A stretch of 60,858 bases of DNA from positions 45,753,363 to 45,814,220 of the forward strand of contig JBOZIK010000001.1 in NCBI GenBank assembly GCA_051453625.1. Direction: 5' to 3'. The translations under genes and the position numbers were made by a program. Positions 1-12,654 of the stretch are shown piece by piece (within the stretch, counting starts at the first letter, position 1; each line of letters starts with the position of its first letter). Below the pieces are notes generated by a model. It was not told where the DNA came from, ran no database searches, and saw only the letters and a program-made list of their open reading frames with translations. The DNA comes from Welwitschia mirabilis. Taxonomy: Eukaryota.

Positions 1-345
1 AGAGATGATGCCACCTCATAATCAATCCACATCAGCTGCCAGTAAGACCTCAGTCAGCATCTAGTTGGTATAGTTATCTGTACTATCATCCAGACGATGA
101 GGTGGATGATGGAATTCAATATTTCTTTAATTATTGCATTAGTCTTGATGTTTGAGGAAGTTATCATCAGAAATACAAAGTATTTATGTTTTCTTAGAAT
201 GACTGTAAATTATTATGGAGATTGCATATTTTCATATTTTCATCTTGGCTCTTCATTATCATGGAAACCAAGCATCTACATATCTCTTTACCTGTAACAC
301 AACTCAGAATACCCTATCAAATATGCATAAGTTGGCAGTGTAACA
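1..345 (-). mobile_element. Start of an LTR related to the 47786/55965 LTRs, abutting an older integrase remnant
   Basis: The reverse complement from 345 reads TGTTACACTGCCAACTTATGCATATTTGATAGGGTATTCTGAG. This aligns with the LTR start at 55965 (TGTTGCGATGCCAAATTATATGTTTTTGATGGGGTATTTTGAG), and similarity continues to the window edge. Confidence 0.75.
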
Positions 346-950
346 TCCATCATAAAATTTCTACTGCCTATCTTCCTCATTCTAATGGCTAAGCTAAAGT
401 GAATAATAAAGAAATTAATAGAATAATAATAAAATTGAATTTTTAGGAAGGAAAATAGATTGGGATAAAAAATTAAATGAAGCTTTATAAGCTTACAGAA
501 TAACTTGGAAACATGACATAGGATTTACACCATATGAATTTGTCTATGGAAAAAGAGCTATTTTACTAATTAAATTTAGAATAAAGACCTCTAAATTGGC
601 TAAAGGACTAAAGTGTAATTTGCATATAGATCAAGAGGAATTTATAAAAAACTTGAATATTTTGGATGAAAACATAAAAGAGGATCTTTTTCATAAGAAC
701 TTATATAACCAAAAACTAAAATATATCATGATAATAAAATTAGGAAAGTCAATTTTAGTATGGGAGATTCTGTACTAATCTATGATCCTAAAAGATCCAT
801 TTAAAATAGAAATATGAACAAAATTGGTTAGGTCCTTATACCATAAAAAAAATTTAGAAAATGGAACAACAAAGGTATATGATCTTGATGAAAAGATAAC
901 CTACCAAGTAAAATGGCATAGAATAAGATATATTATGATTATAAATCTTT
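346..950 (+). mobile_element. Degenerate Ty3/gypsy (Athila/Tat-type) integrase C-terminal remnant
   Basis: Manual translation gives HHKISTAYLPHSNG*AKVNNKEI, EAL*AYRITWKHDIGFTPYEFVYGKRAILL and WLGPYTI (GPY/F motif), with many stops. Confidence 0.85.
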
Positions 951-1245
951 ACTTTATTGTTTAGAAAACCCTAATAGAGTGGAAACGATACTTTCACTCT
1001 ACTTATAAATTAAAAATTTTTAGACTAGATAATAAAGGATGTATCATTTCTTTAAATTCTATTCAATCAATTTATGAAGTTGATTAGAATAAATCTAATG
1101 ATTCAAAAATAATAAGCTAGCTTGGAGAGCCTTCGAGAGGATAAGGTACATTATTCTTATTAAGAGGATTAAGAATACACATTTCATTACATGATAGAAT
1201 ATGTACTAGTATGTATATATACATATACATATGTATATATAGATT

Positions 1246-1421
1246 AACCACAATGTTCTACTGCAAGTGCACCGGGGTAAATATTCCCAAGAGAAGCCTT
1301 TGACAATGCAATATAGTAGTTGTAATGACTCCATTGAGGGGTCAATTGACCATGGTTTAGATTTAAAAATTTTTAGGGTCTTTCCTCCACCAGTAGGAGT
1401 TGCACTCTCCTTATTATGGTT
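1246..1421 (+). other. Conserved non-coding structured motif, copy A
   Basis: Aligns without gaps over ~115 nt to 33400-33569 and with gaps to 53197-53351. The 5' and 3' ends are complementary (AACCACAATG / TATTATGGTT). Confidence 0.7.
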
Positions 1422-3109
1422 AAAAAGTTACGTTGTGATAACAAAGGTTGAGGAACAATTATGCCCTAGGAGTCATCTGAGATACAACTAGTTACTAAGG
1501 CCACAACTATATAATATAGATTTAAAAAAACATAAATAGAATTTTATTCTAATATGTAATGAAATGTAAATCCAAAGATTTTCAATTCAATATCATGCAT
1601 GATCATTAAATTCTATTTTAAAAAAAAGTAAAGCTTCATAGTTGTTTAGTATAGATTTCCTTTAATAAAATAAATATCACCATGAGTAAATAAAAATAGT
1701 AATAAGATAAAATTATTTAAAATAAAATAACAAATAAACACTTTATTAGATAAATGAATTTATTACATCATTACTTAGAAACATAACCAAATCCTTATTC
1801 AACTATTTAAATCTAAGAAATAAATTAATATAATAAATCAATTTAATTCTTGAAATGACTAGAGAACTTGTTCTTTCTATTGGAATGCCTGGTTTTAAAT
1901 AACCCTATAAAACTCTCACCTAAGGATAGTAGGTGCATCTCACTTAAGGATTCTGATAGAATGCTTATTTCCTTAGGGTGAGCTCACCAGAAATTCTTGT
2001 AATACTTGGCATTTCGTATCATATTTTCTATGTTCTCCCTATCAAAACTTAGTATGGCTAGACTAAGTGAAAGATTGGTGCCTTAAAACTGATCAACTTT
2101 CTTCTCTGATACTTGCATTAGTTTAGCTAGTTTACCTAAGGAAACATTGTAAGCTAAGTCTTCTTGATTTAGTTGCTGAAATAATTCTTCTACCCTAACC
2201 CTTAAATACTTGGCCATAAAATTATGGATCATGGGACTAAAACTTGGAGGAATGACTTCATTATCAAAGAATTCTCTACTAGCTTTAATGATAAAGGTAT
2301 CTAATGTATCTAATATCTCTACTTATAATCAGAATGTAATGAGTACTACACCTTATTTTTAGACCTAATAACAATTTAAGGTAATTGGGGTTCTACACTT
2401 CTAATACATACATCAATTTGTATAGAACCTAAGTTAAAAAAGTAATGCTTTACCTTCTTAATACTTGAAGCAGTAATGAAAGAGTAAGGGGAAGTAGATA
2501 CCATAAGGATCGAATAGAAAGAAATAGTAAGGATTGAATGGGATTACGTAAAGAAAATCTAAGACTCAGTATGAAGAATGATGAATGGTTAGCATAAAGG
2601 AATGAGATTTATAGCATAAATACTACTTAACGTAGTTGATAAGCATTATTTATCTTAAGATACTCAATGTACATGTGTTCAATAATTAAGTAAAAGATTT
2701 TAAAGGAAATACATACCTATTCTATTCAACATCTGAGATGTGCCAAGTGTATAGCAGTGATCTTTATGTCAAGACAAAAATTGAAGAATTTCAAACTAAT
2801 CAAGATTCAACCTAAAGTTAAAACTTTAACTCAATTTATGATTAGCTCAATTTTCCCACAAGTTGAAAGTCTTTATAGGAACCCACTATATTTTATTTTT
2901 GTCATCAATTGTCAAGTGGTTAATTAAAATCTTAAAATATTTTCAAATTAAGAAAAACCTTTAGATAATGTTATAAAAATATGATAAGGGGTATATAGGA
3001 AAAATATATATTTTTAGAGGAAAATAAGAAGATAAATATTACCTATATTATTCCTTTAATAGAATGTTATCATAAGCTAAAATTTTGGATTAGGTTTATC
3101 CAGATGATT

Positions 3110-3350
3110 AACACTAATCCAAAGTCAAAAATTTGAGTAAGATTTCAAGTCAACTTGATAAACATTAAAAAATTTATGTTTCTAAATTTTGTGTTGCTCA
3201 AACCTTCATAGAACCGTATCATTTAATTAACTAATACTAGCTCAAAGTCAAAGCTTTGGTCAAATTTCAAGCTAATCTATTATGATGCAAGCTTAGAGAG
3301 TTGACTAATATCAACTCAAAGTTAGAATTTTGAGGTGGATTTCAAGTCAA
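3110..3350. repeat. Three diverged ~43-bp direct repeats
   Basis: Units resembling AAYAYYARYYCAAAGTYARAAYTTTGRG...ATTTCAAGTCAA start near 3110, 3233 and 3308. Confidence 0.55.
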
Positions 3351-6300
3351 ATAATTTCTACTAAATAGAAATCCATTACTAAAGTGTGAGGGTCCTTTTC
3401 TTACAGGCCCTTATTGACTTTCCACTACATCTTCTTTCTACTCTTTATTTCATCTCACTTAATTATATTTAAATGGCTAGGATTTTAAGGATCTTATTGA
3501 GTTCTTAATGCCTCCTTCAAATCCTTTATTGACTTCACTATGGCTTTGACAATTTCTATCAAGAACTTGAGAGTTTTCAATAACACTCATTAAATCCTTT
3601 GATTATAAAGAGTGATAACCACTTAAATATGACATCTTATTTCTCCAACCTCTTACTTAAAACCAAACTTAATGATCTGTTCCTTATCTTTGATGAGGTT
3701 CATTAAAAATTAACAAATAGTTTCTTTTCATGTCACCTAGCCCACATCAGCCTACTTAATATACATTTTAGATCAACTAATTTCTTTACTCTTCTTCTTG
3801 CCACCATGTCATTCAATTTTTCACATTAATACCCACATGGAATAATTCCATTTCTAACTATTTTCTAGTAAAAATTTTTATTCTCTTCTGTGAATTAAAT
3901 ACAACAACTGGATAGAAATTTTTATCTATTTTAAGTGGGAAATAGGTATGTAATTTTAATTTTAATTTTGAATTTTACTTTCTCATGCTTTCTCATGCTT
4001 AAGTCTATCAGAGTTATGGCAGAACAACTTCATACTAAATTTTTAGGTTCATCTAATGCTATTATTTTTAGCATTCAAGAGTATACAACATTTAAGATGG
4101 GGTTAGAATGAATAACAAAAATTTTATAAAAATAATTTATATTCTTTTAGAAAAGCCTACTTAATGAATGTGAAATTGTTTCTTAAATATTATTAGTTGG
4201 TAGTTTTTCTTTAAAATGTTTTGTTAATAAGATTTTAAATGATCTTGTCTAACTTAAACAATTATGATAATTTAATAGAATGCAAAATAATTTCTTTATT
4301 AAATTTTGTGAATGTGCTCTTAGACCCTTATTTAGCAAACTTTAAACAAAAAATTATTGAATTAGAATGGTATGAATAATTAACCATGAATGATTAGATT
4401 TACTTTAGAATCTTTCCACGAATTTTATAAGAATTTAAGGCTTGATGATAAGAAGAATGTACTAGAAAAAAATTTTGGAAATAAAAGAATATCAATTACT
4501 CAAGAAGAAATTTGAGAAGTATTGCACTTGCCACCTAGAGGTAGATCTATCAAGAATACAAGCATAAAATACAATAAAATTTAAGTATAAGTCTATTAAA
4601 GAGGATGATAGTGCAAGGTGGAATACTAGTAAATAAAGATTTAGAGCTAGAATTCTTTATTATTTCAAGAATTATGCTCAGTAATTTGATATCAATTCTT
4701 CATAAATAAAAAGATATCACATTACCTATCCTGTATATGATAGCAGTTGTGAAGAATAAGACAAATCAGACCAATGCTAATATTACAAAGGGGAATTTTT
4801 TGGGTTTAATTAGACATATTTCAAAAATGAAGAAAGTTGGAATAGAAGCTTCTAGCATAGTTGGTCTAGGATTTCCATTTTCAATAGCCAAATATTAAGT
4901 AAAAATAAAGTTCCATTTTGATCAAATAAGTCTTATGTAGACTTAACAATTCAGAATCTCTTTAGAGTCAAAGAATTAAGTGTTTTAAAAACCATAATAC
5001 AAAGAAGTTTTACACAAGAAACTTATTAATTAGAATAAGGAGAACCTTCTTCTACTCCTAAGAGTCTTTCTTCATTGCTATCTTTCCCAAGTATAGGCTA
5101 GGATTCAACATAGTTTTCTCTTAAAGAATTTCTTTCCCCTCATCCACTATAGCCTAGTTAATTCTCTAAAGAACTAGAAGAAGATAAAATCGATAGTATT
5201 TGTAGTGATTTAAATTTAGTTAAAGATGAAATTTAAATTTATCTTAATAAAAATAAAAAATATTAGAATTGCAAAATTAAGTCAGTTATTTAAAAATTAA
5301 GAATAAATTTTTGAGGCAAAATTTGGATTGAAAAAAGAAAATACTGAAAGATTATAACTATAAATAATCAAAAAGAAGGAAAATATTTAGCTCTTTAAAG
5401 CCTACAAGGACATGAGTAAAAAATTACAAAGAGTTTACAAAGAGTTTATGAATGAATTTTTAAATTGAAAACAACTATCCAAGATAGGAAAAAATTAAAT
5501 ATTTTCCAAGAGAAAGACCAAAAATATTAGTATCTTTATTGCAAAATCTTAACTCAACTAAGAAATATGATGCTGAACATATAAATCATCAATAAAAGTT
5601 CATTACATTTATACATAATGATGGGTATTTATTCTTAAATAGGGAATACTTAGATAAAATCTATGTATACCTGAAAGGTATGAATGAAAGATATATGTAG
5701 ATTCAGGCATAGGCCTAAAAATATAAATGCAAATGGCTTGAAGCCCAAAATTTAATTGGTTATTATCATTCCATTTTAGGTGCAAACAAGAGAGCCATGG
5801 ATCAAATGATAAACAAAAATAAGGCTCTTAAGAATAGAATCAAAATATCACTAAGTTTGATACAAAGTATTCCTTTAACCTGTTCAACTCTAACTACTAA
5901 AATTAAAAATAAAATAAAGGGAAATGTTGCAGATGCTTTGAAATAATCTCATGTAGATTTGAAGAAGGATATTAAGGTAATATGTCCAAAATATACTTAA
6001 CTTATTATTTAAAATTTAAAAAGAAAAAATATGAGATTAGTAAATGAACTCTACTTAAGAAAGGTTAAGTTGGATAAGCAAATTGGTTTTGGGCATGAGG
6101 AATTGATAGCTCCTAAAGCCTTGATTACTGTGCTCAGAAGCTATATGATTTATTGATAGATTTGAAGAGTAATTAGAAATCATCATTCAAAATACTTCTA
6201 GGAAGTACTCTAAGTTGATCCAAATTTTTTATACTTGTAAAAAAGAGGTTACTCTTTGAAAAATAAAACTATACAGAAAAGAAGTGAAGTTTCTATCAGA

Positions 6301-7749
6301 TAATTTAAAAATATTCTATGTGATATAGTAATAAAATTTTATAAAATAATAGAAGAATGTGAAGCAAATAAGAAAATTTTTATAGTGTCCTCTCAAGATT
6401 TTTAGTAGCTATGTTTATTTAGAGATAGAATTGTGAAAAATATAATTATGCTCAAAAGCACTTTTATAAATATCTTTTCAACATTAGAAAATAAGGATAC
6501 ATAAAAAACATATTTAATCCTAATAGGACAATACTTAGGAGTAGGCTTACAAGTTGAGGAAACTTCAAAACTAGAACATGTATCTCAAAGTCCTAGAATA
6601 AAAATTTCCTCAGCCCTTAAGAAAAAGAGAGAAGAGCCAAAGCAACTAAGGGCTACTTCAAAAGGGAGAGGTGGAGGGGTAAAAACAAAAACTAAAGAAC
6701 TAATAGATATAGAGGCTATATATTTGAATGATCTCATTTTACAGGAAAAATAAAGGAAAATTTTGGCTACCTTAGAATAGAAAAATCAATTAGCTTAATT
6801 GGCTAAGAAATTAAAATAATTAAAATCTACTAAAGAAAATCCTTTTTTTTAAAAAAAGAAGAAAAGAAAAATAATAAGCCTTTTTTTTCGTTTCTTATGT
6901 ATATATTTATCAAGGGAGTAATACAATCTTAAGCTTGGTGGAAGTGAGAAGTAAAGATAACGATGTAAATTTTCCTTATTAATGAAATGTTTTTATTCTT
7001 ATAATTATATATTTTAGATGGTATTCAATATTTCTCTTTAGTATTTAGGTTAATTTACTATTTAATTAATAGGTTAGTTAGTATGTCAATAGATTAGCAT
7101 ATACATATATCATTATGTTATAGGTACAAAATGCCATTTGGCATGTAAGGAAGAAGGTTAAGGTAGTAGAAATACAGTAACAACTTTAACCATAAACCTA
7201 TTCTTTAGGAGCAAAGAGAGAAAACAACAATATAGAAAGGGGTAAAGGTTATAACAAGGAAATCACCATGGATAATAGGTTTATTTTGGCAAAAATGCTC
7301 TAGAAATAAGACTAAGCAAGATGTCAAAGGAAAGCTCGAGACATTTCAAAAAGAGCATAGTAGCATTTCCAATGCTCTAGTATACCTGCAAAGGAAAACA
7401 CAAACTCATCAGTATATTTCTATATAACATTCTGATATTTCAATATAAAGCTAAAAAGATAATCTTTTTAAGAAGTATTATGAACATGTTTTATTACTTG
7501 AAAAAGTAATATTCTCTTTTAATTACTTCTATTTGTGTAGCTAAACATGAATTAGGATAATTAGTAATACTTATAAGTATTATTTACCATTTAGCGAAAC
7601 TTTTATTATGTTTTTCCATTTTCTTAATTCTCCCTAATGTAATATATGTATATAGAAAACTCATCAATTATCAACCTTACTAGTTTAAATAACTTCATCA
7701 TGAGTTTATCTTGATGATGTACTTTGAACTAAATGGTTTAAGTATTAGT

Positions 7750-10700
7750 GTTTCAACTAGTTCTTTAGTAAATATTTGATTTTAATTTAATGGGTTAAGA
7801 TTATTTTAGGTTAACAACATCATATTTTGTACATTTTTTAGCATAATTTTATAGAATTTTTTATATTTATTTTACAATATAAGATTTCATCACTATCGTA
7901 TAACTTCTTAAAATATGTTATAAAGTGTGATTAAATTTCTTAGTTTATTCATCTATTTTAGAATGCAAACGTGTATTGAAAAATACTTGAGGTCCAAACC
8001 ATTTACAGAATTCTTATTAAAAATTTCATATAAACTTTGGATCTCTATTTAAAATAGTAATTTTAAAAGTATCATGAAATCTAAAAACTTTTCTTATGAA
8101 CTAGTTTTTGATTTCTTGCATGATGACTATGGTATTGATTAGAATGAAATGAGCCATTTTTATCAATCTATCAAAACATGTAAAAATAAGATTTTATTTT
8201 TTAAAGTTTTTGGTAAATATATGATATAATCCATTATAATATCTTCCCATTTTCATGATGATACTTAGAGATACTTAAAAAATCTTATTGGCTTTGGTTG
8301 TTTCAACTTAATCATTCAATAAACAGAAAACTTTTAATAAGATCTTTAATTTGAATCATCATTTCTAGCTAATAGCACTGATTCCCCAAAGTAATATATG
8401 CCTTAATAGATGATTTTCATAAGAAATTTCATGAGCTTTCCTAAGAATTTAATGATTTAATCTTTCTATAAGGAGACATACATTACCTCTTCTCATTAGT
8501 ACACTATCATAGATTAAGTAATAAGGGAAGAACTCTTCTTTTATCATTAGTTTCTTCCATATTTTACCAAATAATTCATGTTGAGAAACATATTCTTTTA
8601 TTTACTTAATTATTTCAAGGGTTATAGCTACCCCTGTACTAGGTGAAAGTGCATGTAATAAATCATGAATTCATATGATCTTGTTTGACACCTAAATATG
8701 AGATCTTCTTTTATCTAATTCTTAGCTTTAAATTCATTATATGGTATGATACTAGAACTATGGTATCATCACAAACCATCATGCATCACATGCAACTAAG
8801 AACATCTACAACCTTGTTATATTTCTATGGAATATTCTTAAGTTCAAAATCATATTCAATTAATAGATTAATCCATTACCATTTTCTCACTTTTAAGAAA
8901 GGATATTTTTGCAAAAATTCTATACTTTTATGATCTATTTTCAATTGAAATTTATCTTGCAAGAGATAGTGTCTTCACATTTTTAAATCATGAATGACAG
9001 TGAAAAATTCCAAATCATGGACTATGTAATTTCACTTATGCTTGCTAATTTTTCTAGATTCACAAGTAATAACTCATTAATCTTACATTAAAGCTACTTC
9101 TATGCCTTCTTGGGAAGCATCTCTAACTATAAGGAATTCTTTTTCCATTTCCAAAATCTTTAGAACTATAGTTAAAGTTAGTAAGAGTTTGATTATAAGG
9201 AATTCATCTCTACATTTATTATTAAAATAGAATACAATTTTATCTTTTTTTAGGTTTATCATCAAGCTTACAATTTTTAAGAAATCTTAAATGAAATGTT
9301 TGTATAATCTAGCAAATCCTAAGAAACTCTTTACTTCTATGAAAATCCATAGTACCAATCAATCTCTTACTACTTGCACCTTACTTGAATCAATCTTAAT
9401 AGCTCTATTAGACATTACGTGCCCTAAATAATAGATGAATTTCTTGAATAATTCACATTTACTTAGTTTTTTTATTAACACATCTTCCTTGGATAGCTAC
9501 AAAACAAGTTTCGTTTGTTAAACATGTTCATTCTTATTTTTTGAATAAACTAAAATATAATCCACAAAAATAATAACAAAATAATATAAATAAGAATGAA
9601 ATATTCTATTTGTTAAAGTCATGAATGTAGAAAGAGCATTAGTAATATCAAAAGGAATAATGATAAAGTCAAAATAATGATATCTAATTATGAAATAAGC
9701 CTTTGAAATATCTTCTTCCTTGATTTAAATTTGATGATAAAGATACTTCAAGTTTATTTTGGTGAAATATTTTACTCCCTACAACTAATAAGAAAGATTT
9801 TTAATCTAAGGAAATGGGTATTTAATTGTAGGAATTATATTTTACAAACTTTTAATAGTTAATGGAAAGTTTAAGTGATATATCTTTGCTCTTAATAAGT
9901 AATGCTAGGAATCCTCATCGTGATATGTCAAGTTTGAGTTTGTCTTTATTTACCAACTTGTAGATTTAGGTTTCAACTCTTTTAATTCAATGATAGAAAA
10001 TCTATAAGGGGCTTAAGAGATGGATTATACTCTGGGTATGATATCAATGACATATTTAATGTTTATTTTTAATGATAAACAGATTTTATTTTCATAAAAT
10101 TCATAGAATTCATGTTACTCATTGGAAAACTATTACTCCTCATTATTTATCATCATGGTATAAAATAGCTATATTTTGCTCATAGCCTTTTCAATTTCTT
10201 TGTTAATCATGAGTAATATCTATTCACTTTTACCTTCCCCTTTAAAGATCCATCATTTAGATAGAGTAGGAATAAAAAGAGTTTCTTCTTAAAAAGAATC
10301 CTTAACATTATACTTTTCCAAAAAGGACATTCACAAGATTACATCATATTTTTCAATATCAAAAACATAAAATTTATTAGTAAATAATAAATTATTAATC
10401 TTATAGATATATTTACTTAAGGACTGGATTGTATTATCACTAGTAATACTACCTATGGGAAATGAAATAAGAGTTTTCTAATAATACTCTAAGTTTAATA
10501 ATGGAAAATTAATTTTGTACAGAACCTATTTGAATAGTAGCAAATAGTCTCTCTTTTACTTATTTCTATTCTTATGAGGATGCAAGTAAAGCTTGGTTTA
10601 TCATTTTATTTCTGTTGGGATAATTCTTGATGATGTTTCCTTTTTTGTTGCAATGACATAATGGTGCTACACAATTATAAATGGTAGCACGTGGATGAGT

Positions 10701-11300
10701 TTTAGACTAAGATTAGATGTTTTAATAAACTAGTAAACTTAGTTATTATGTAATGGTAATCATCATGCAAGATTCATTAAATCTCACTATGTTGCCTCCA
10801 TGTAATATTTGGTTTTTCTATAAGCTTCTTATTAGTGGATACACTAGATCTTATAACCTTAGTGGGAGAGTGATGATGAATTCATTAGCAAGTTCCTAAA
10901 GATTTTGTTATAATTTAAGCTTTTCTTATTTTTAAGATTCTTTTTGATTTTCATCAATACTCTTTCTTTCAAGTTATAAGTATTTAAATTGCATTATCTT
11001 ATCCTTGATAAAATCATTTGGAACAAATTTCTTATGAAATCATTTTGTAAAATTAATTAAATAAATTCAAGGATTTCTTGTTAAATTGAGATGAATTCAT
11101 CATGTTTCTGCATATCCTACTAAAAACATCACTACATATTAGATACATAATCCAAGATTAATATTCTTCAATTAGAAATGGATCTTAATAAACTAGAGAC
11201 ATTCTAGTGCTTCATTACATGATTTATAGTAGCTGTTGCATGAAAATTTACACTTTTGTTAAATATTCTTACATGTCTTTTTCTTTCATGCTATGATTTC
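7750..11300 (-). mobile_element. Degenerate chromoviral Ty3/gypsy gag-pol remnant
   Basis: Minus-strand RT motifs GVKYFTKINLKYLYHQ, IIPFDITNALSTFM and IFVDYILVYS. RNase H motifs FLIVRDASQEGIEVAL (ORF 9083-9265) and NYIVHDLE. Integrase motif KWEDIIMDY. Confidence 0.85.
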
Positions 11301-12654
11301 TAGTTTCATAATGTAGATTATGTATTTGACACTCTCATACTCCTATGTTAATATCTTAATAATTTGTGATATCATGGATTATGAGGGTTATCTCTATAGA
11401 TTTTTAATTCTTTAATTTTAAGATTGAAAAAAGAGTTTTAATTAAGATTGGAGGTTTTTTGTAAGTTTTTCTCATCATCATCTTTTGCGTGTTTGTAGTG
11501 TGGAGTTAAGTTTATCACTTGCTACTTTTTATAAGGCCTCAACATTTGCATAATTTGTTTAAATCTACTAGTGAACTTTGTTAATTCATTATTTAAGAGC
11601 ATTAATATGATTATTCAAATAGTATTCCATTATGCACAAATGTATGCATGGTTAGAAGCCCTACTAGTCCTTGTTGCTATTTCAAACCTATGTTTTTACA
11701 ATTGAATTTAGTTATTTTGATAGCTAAAGGTTAAATTTTCTTAACTTACTTTCATAATTAACAAATTGATAAGAACATATGTTTAATTAGTAAGAAAAAG
11801 ATTAGAATTTCAAATTAATAACTTCATCATGCTAAAATACTCATTTTGGAGTGTTGTAACTTTCTTTTAAATCCCAATTCATTCTTCCTAAGGATGTAGC
11901 ATAGTTAAGAAATTCTACAATAAAAAATTTTATTAATATTTACAAGACCTACAAATGCATACATTGTCATAATATGAATCTAAATGTTGTTTTTAACTTT
12001 TAAATTTTAATTCTAATCTAGAATGACTTTAGAGAAAATATCAATGCATATTACTAACTAATATAAAGATTATTAGATTAACCTCACTTCATTGAAAACA
12101 ATAGTATAAGTTAAAACCTATAAATTTATCAATGATGAAGTATAGCCAAATGAATAAAAAATAGTTTCCCCCATGCTTCTAGGATTAGCATTAATGAAAT
12201 ATAATAAATTATCTCTTTAGAATTAAGATATTGCTAATAAAATAGATTTAAAAGAAGAATATTGAAGCAACAACAAAATAAAAAATAAAAACAAGAGTTC
12301 TAGAAATGAACTTCTTGTTAATAACCTTCTTCCTATCACAAAAGAAGTGTTTAACACTAGGAATGATTCCATCATACCATCTTTCCTAAAAAACCATTAG
12401 GATTGATTAACTAAAGGGCCTAAATCCTACAGATTATGGCTAACTATTATGTATTTAAGATAAACTATTTTATAATATGTCTTACATGACTTCTGTACAT
12501 GCAAACCCCATGCAAGACATTATATAAGTAAAAGGTATCAAATCCTAGCATAAAGCACATTCAAAATAGAAAATTTTATAAGTAAAAATACTTGTAACCA
12601 TTACTTAAGTTTCTCAAAAAAGTAACATAACTAAACATAAAATGAGTATAGAGA

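Noticed and set aside
1246-1421. Conserved motif as a hammerhead ribozyme, cobalamin/TPP riboswitch or group I intron core
   Set aside because: The required cores (CUGANGA with GAAA junction; AGGGAA...CGGUG; CUGAGA; full P/Q/R/S set) are not found. Only short superficial word matches exist.
3900-7700. Possible additional retroelement ORF remnants and an LTR after a purine tract near 6935-6960
   Set aside because: Looks like decayed coding and LTR DNA, but I found no diagnostic motif or partner LTR.
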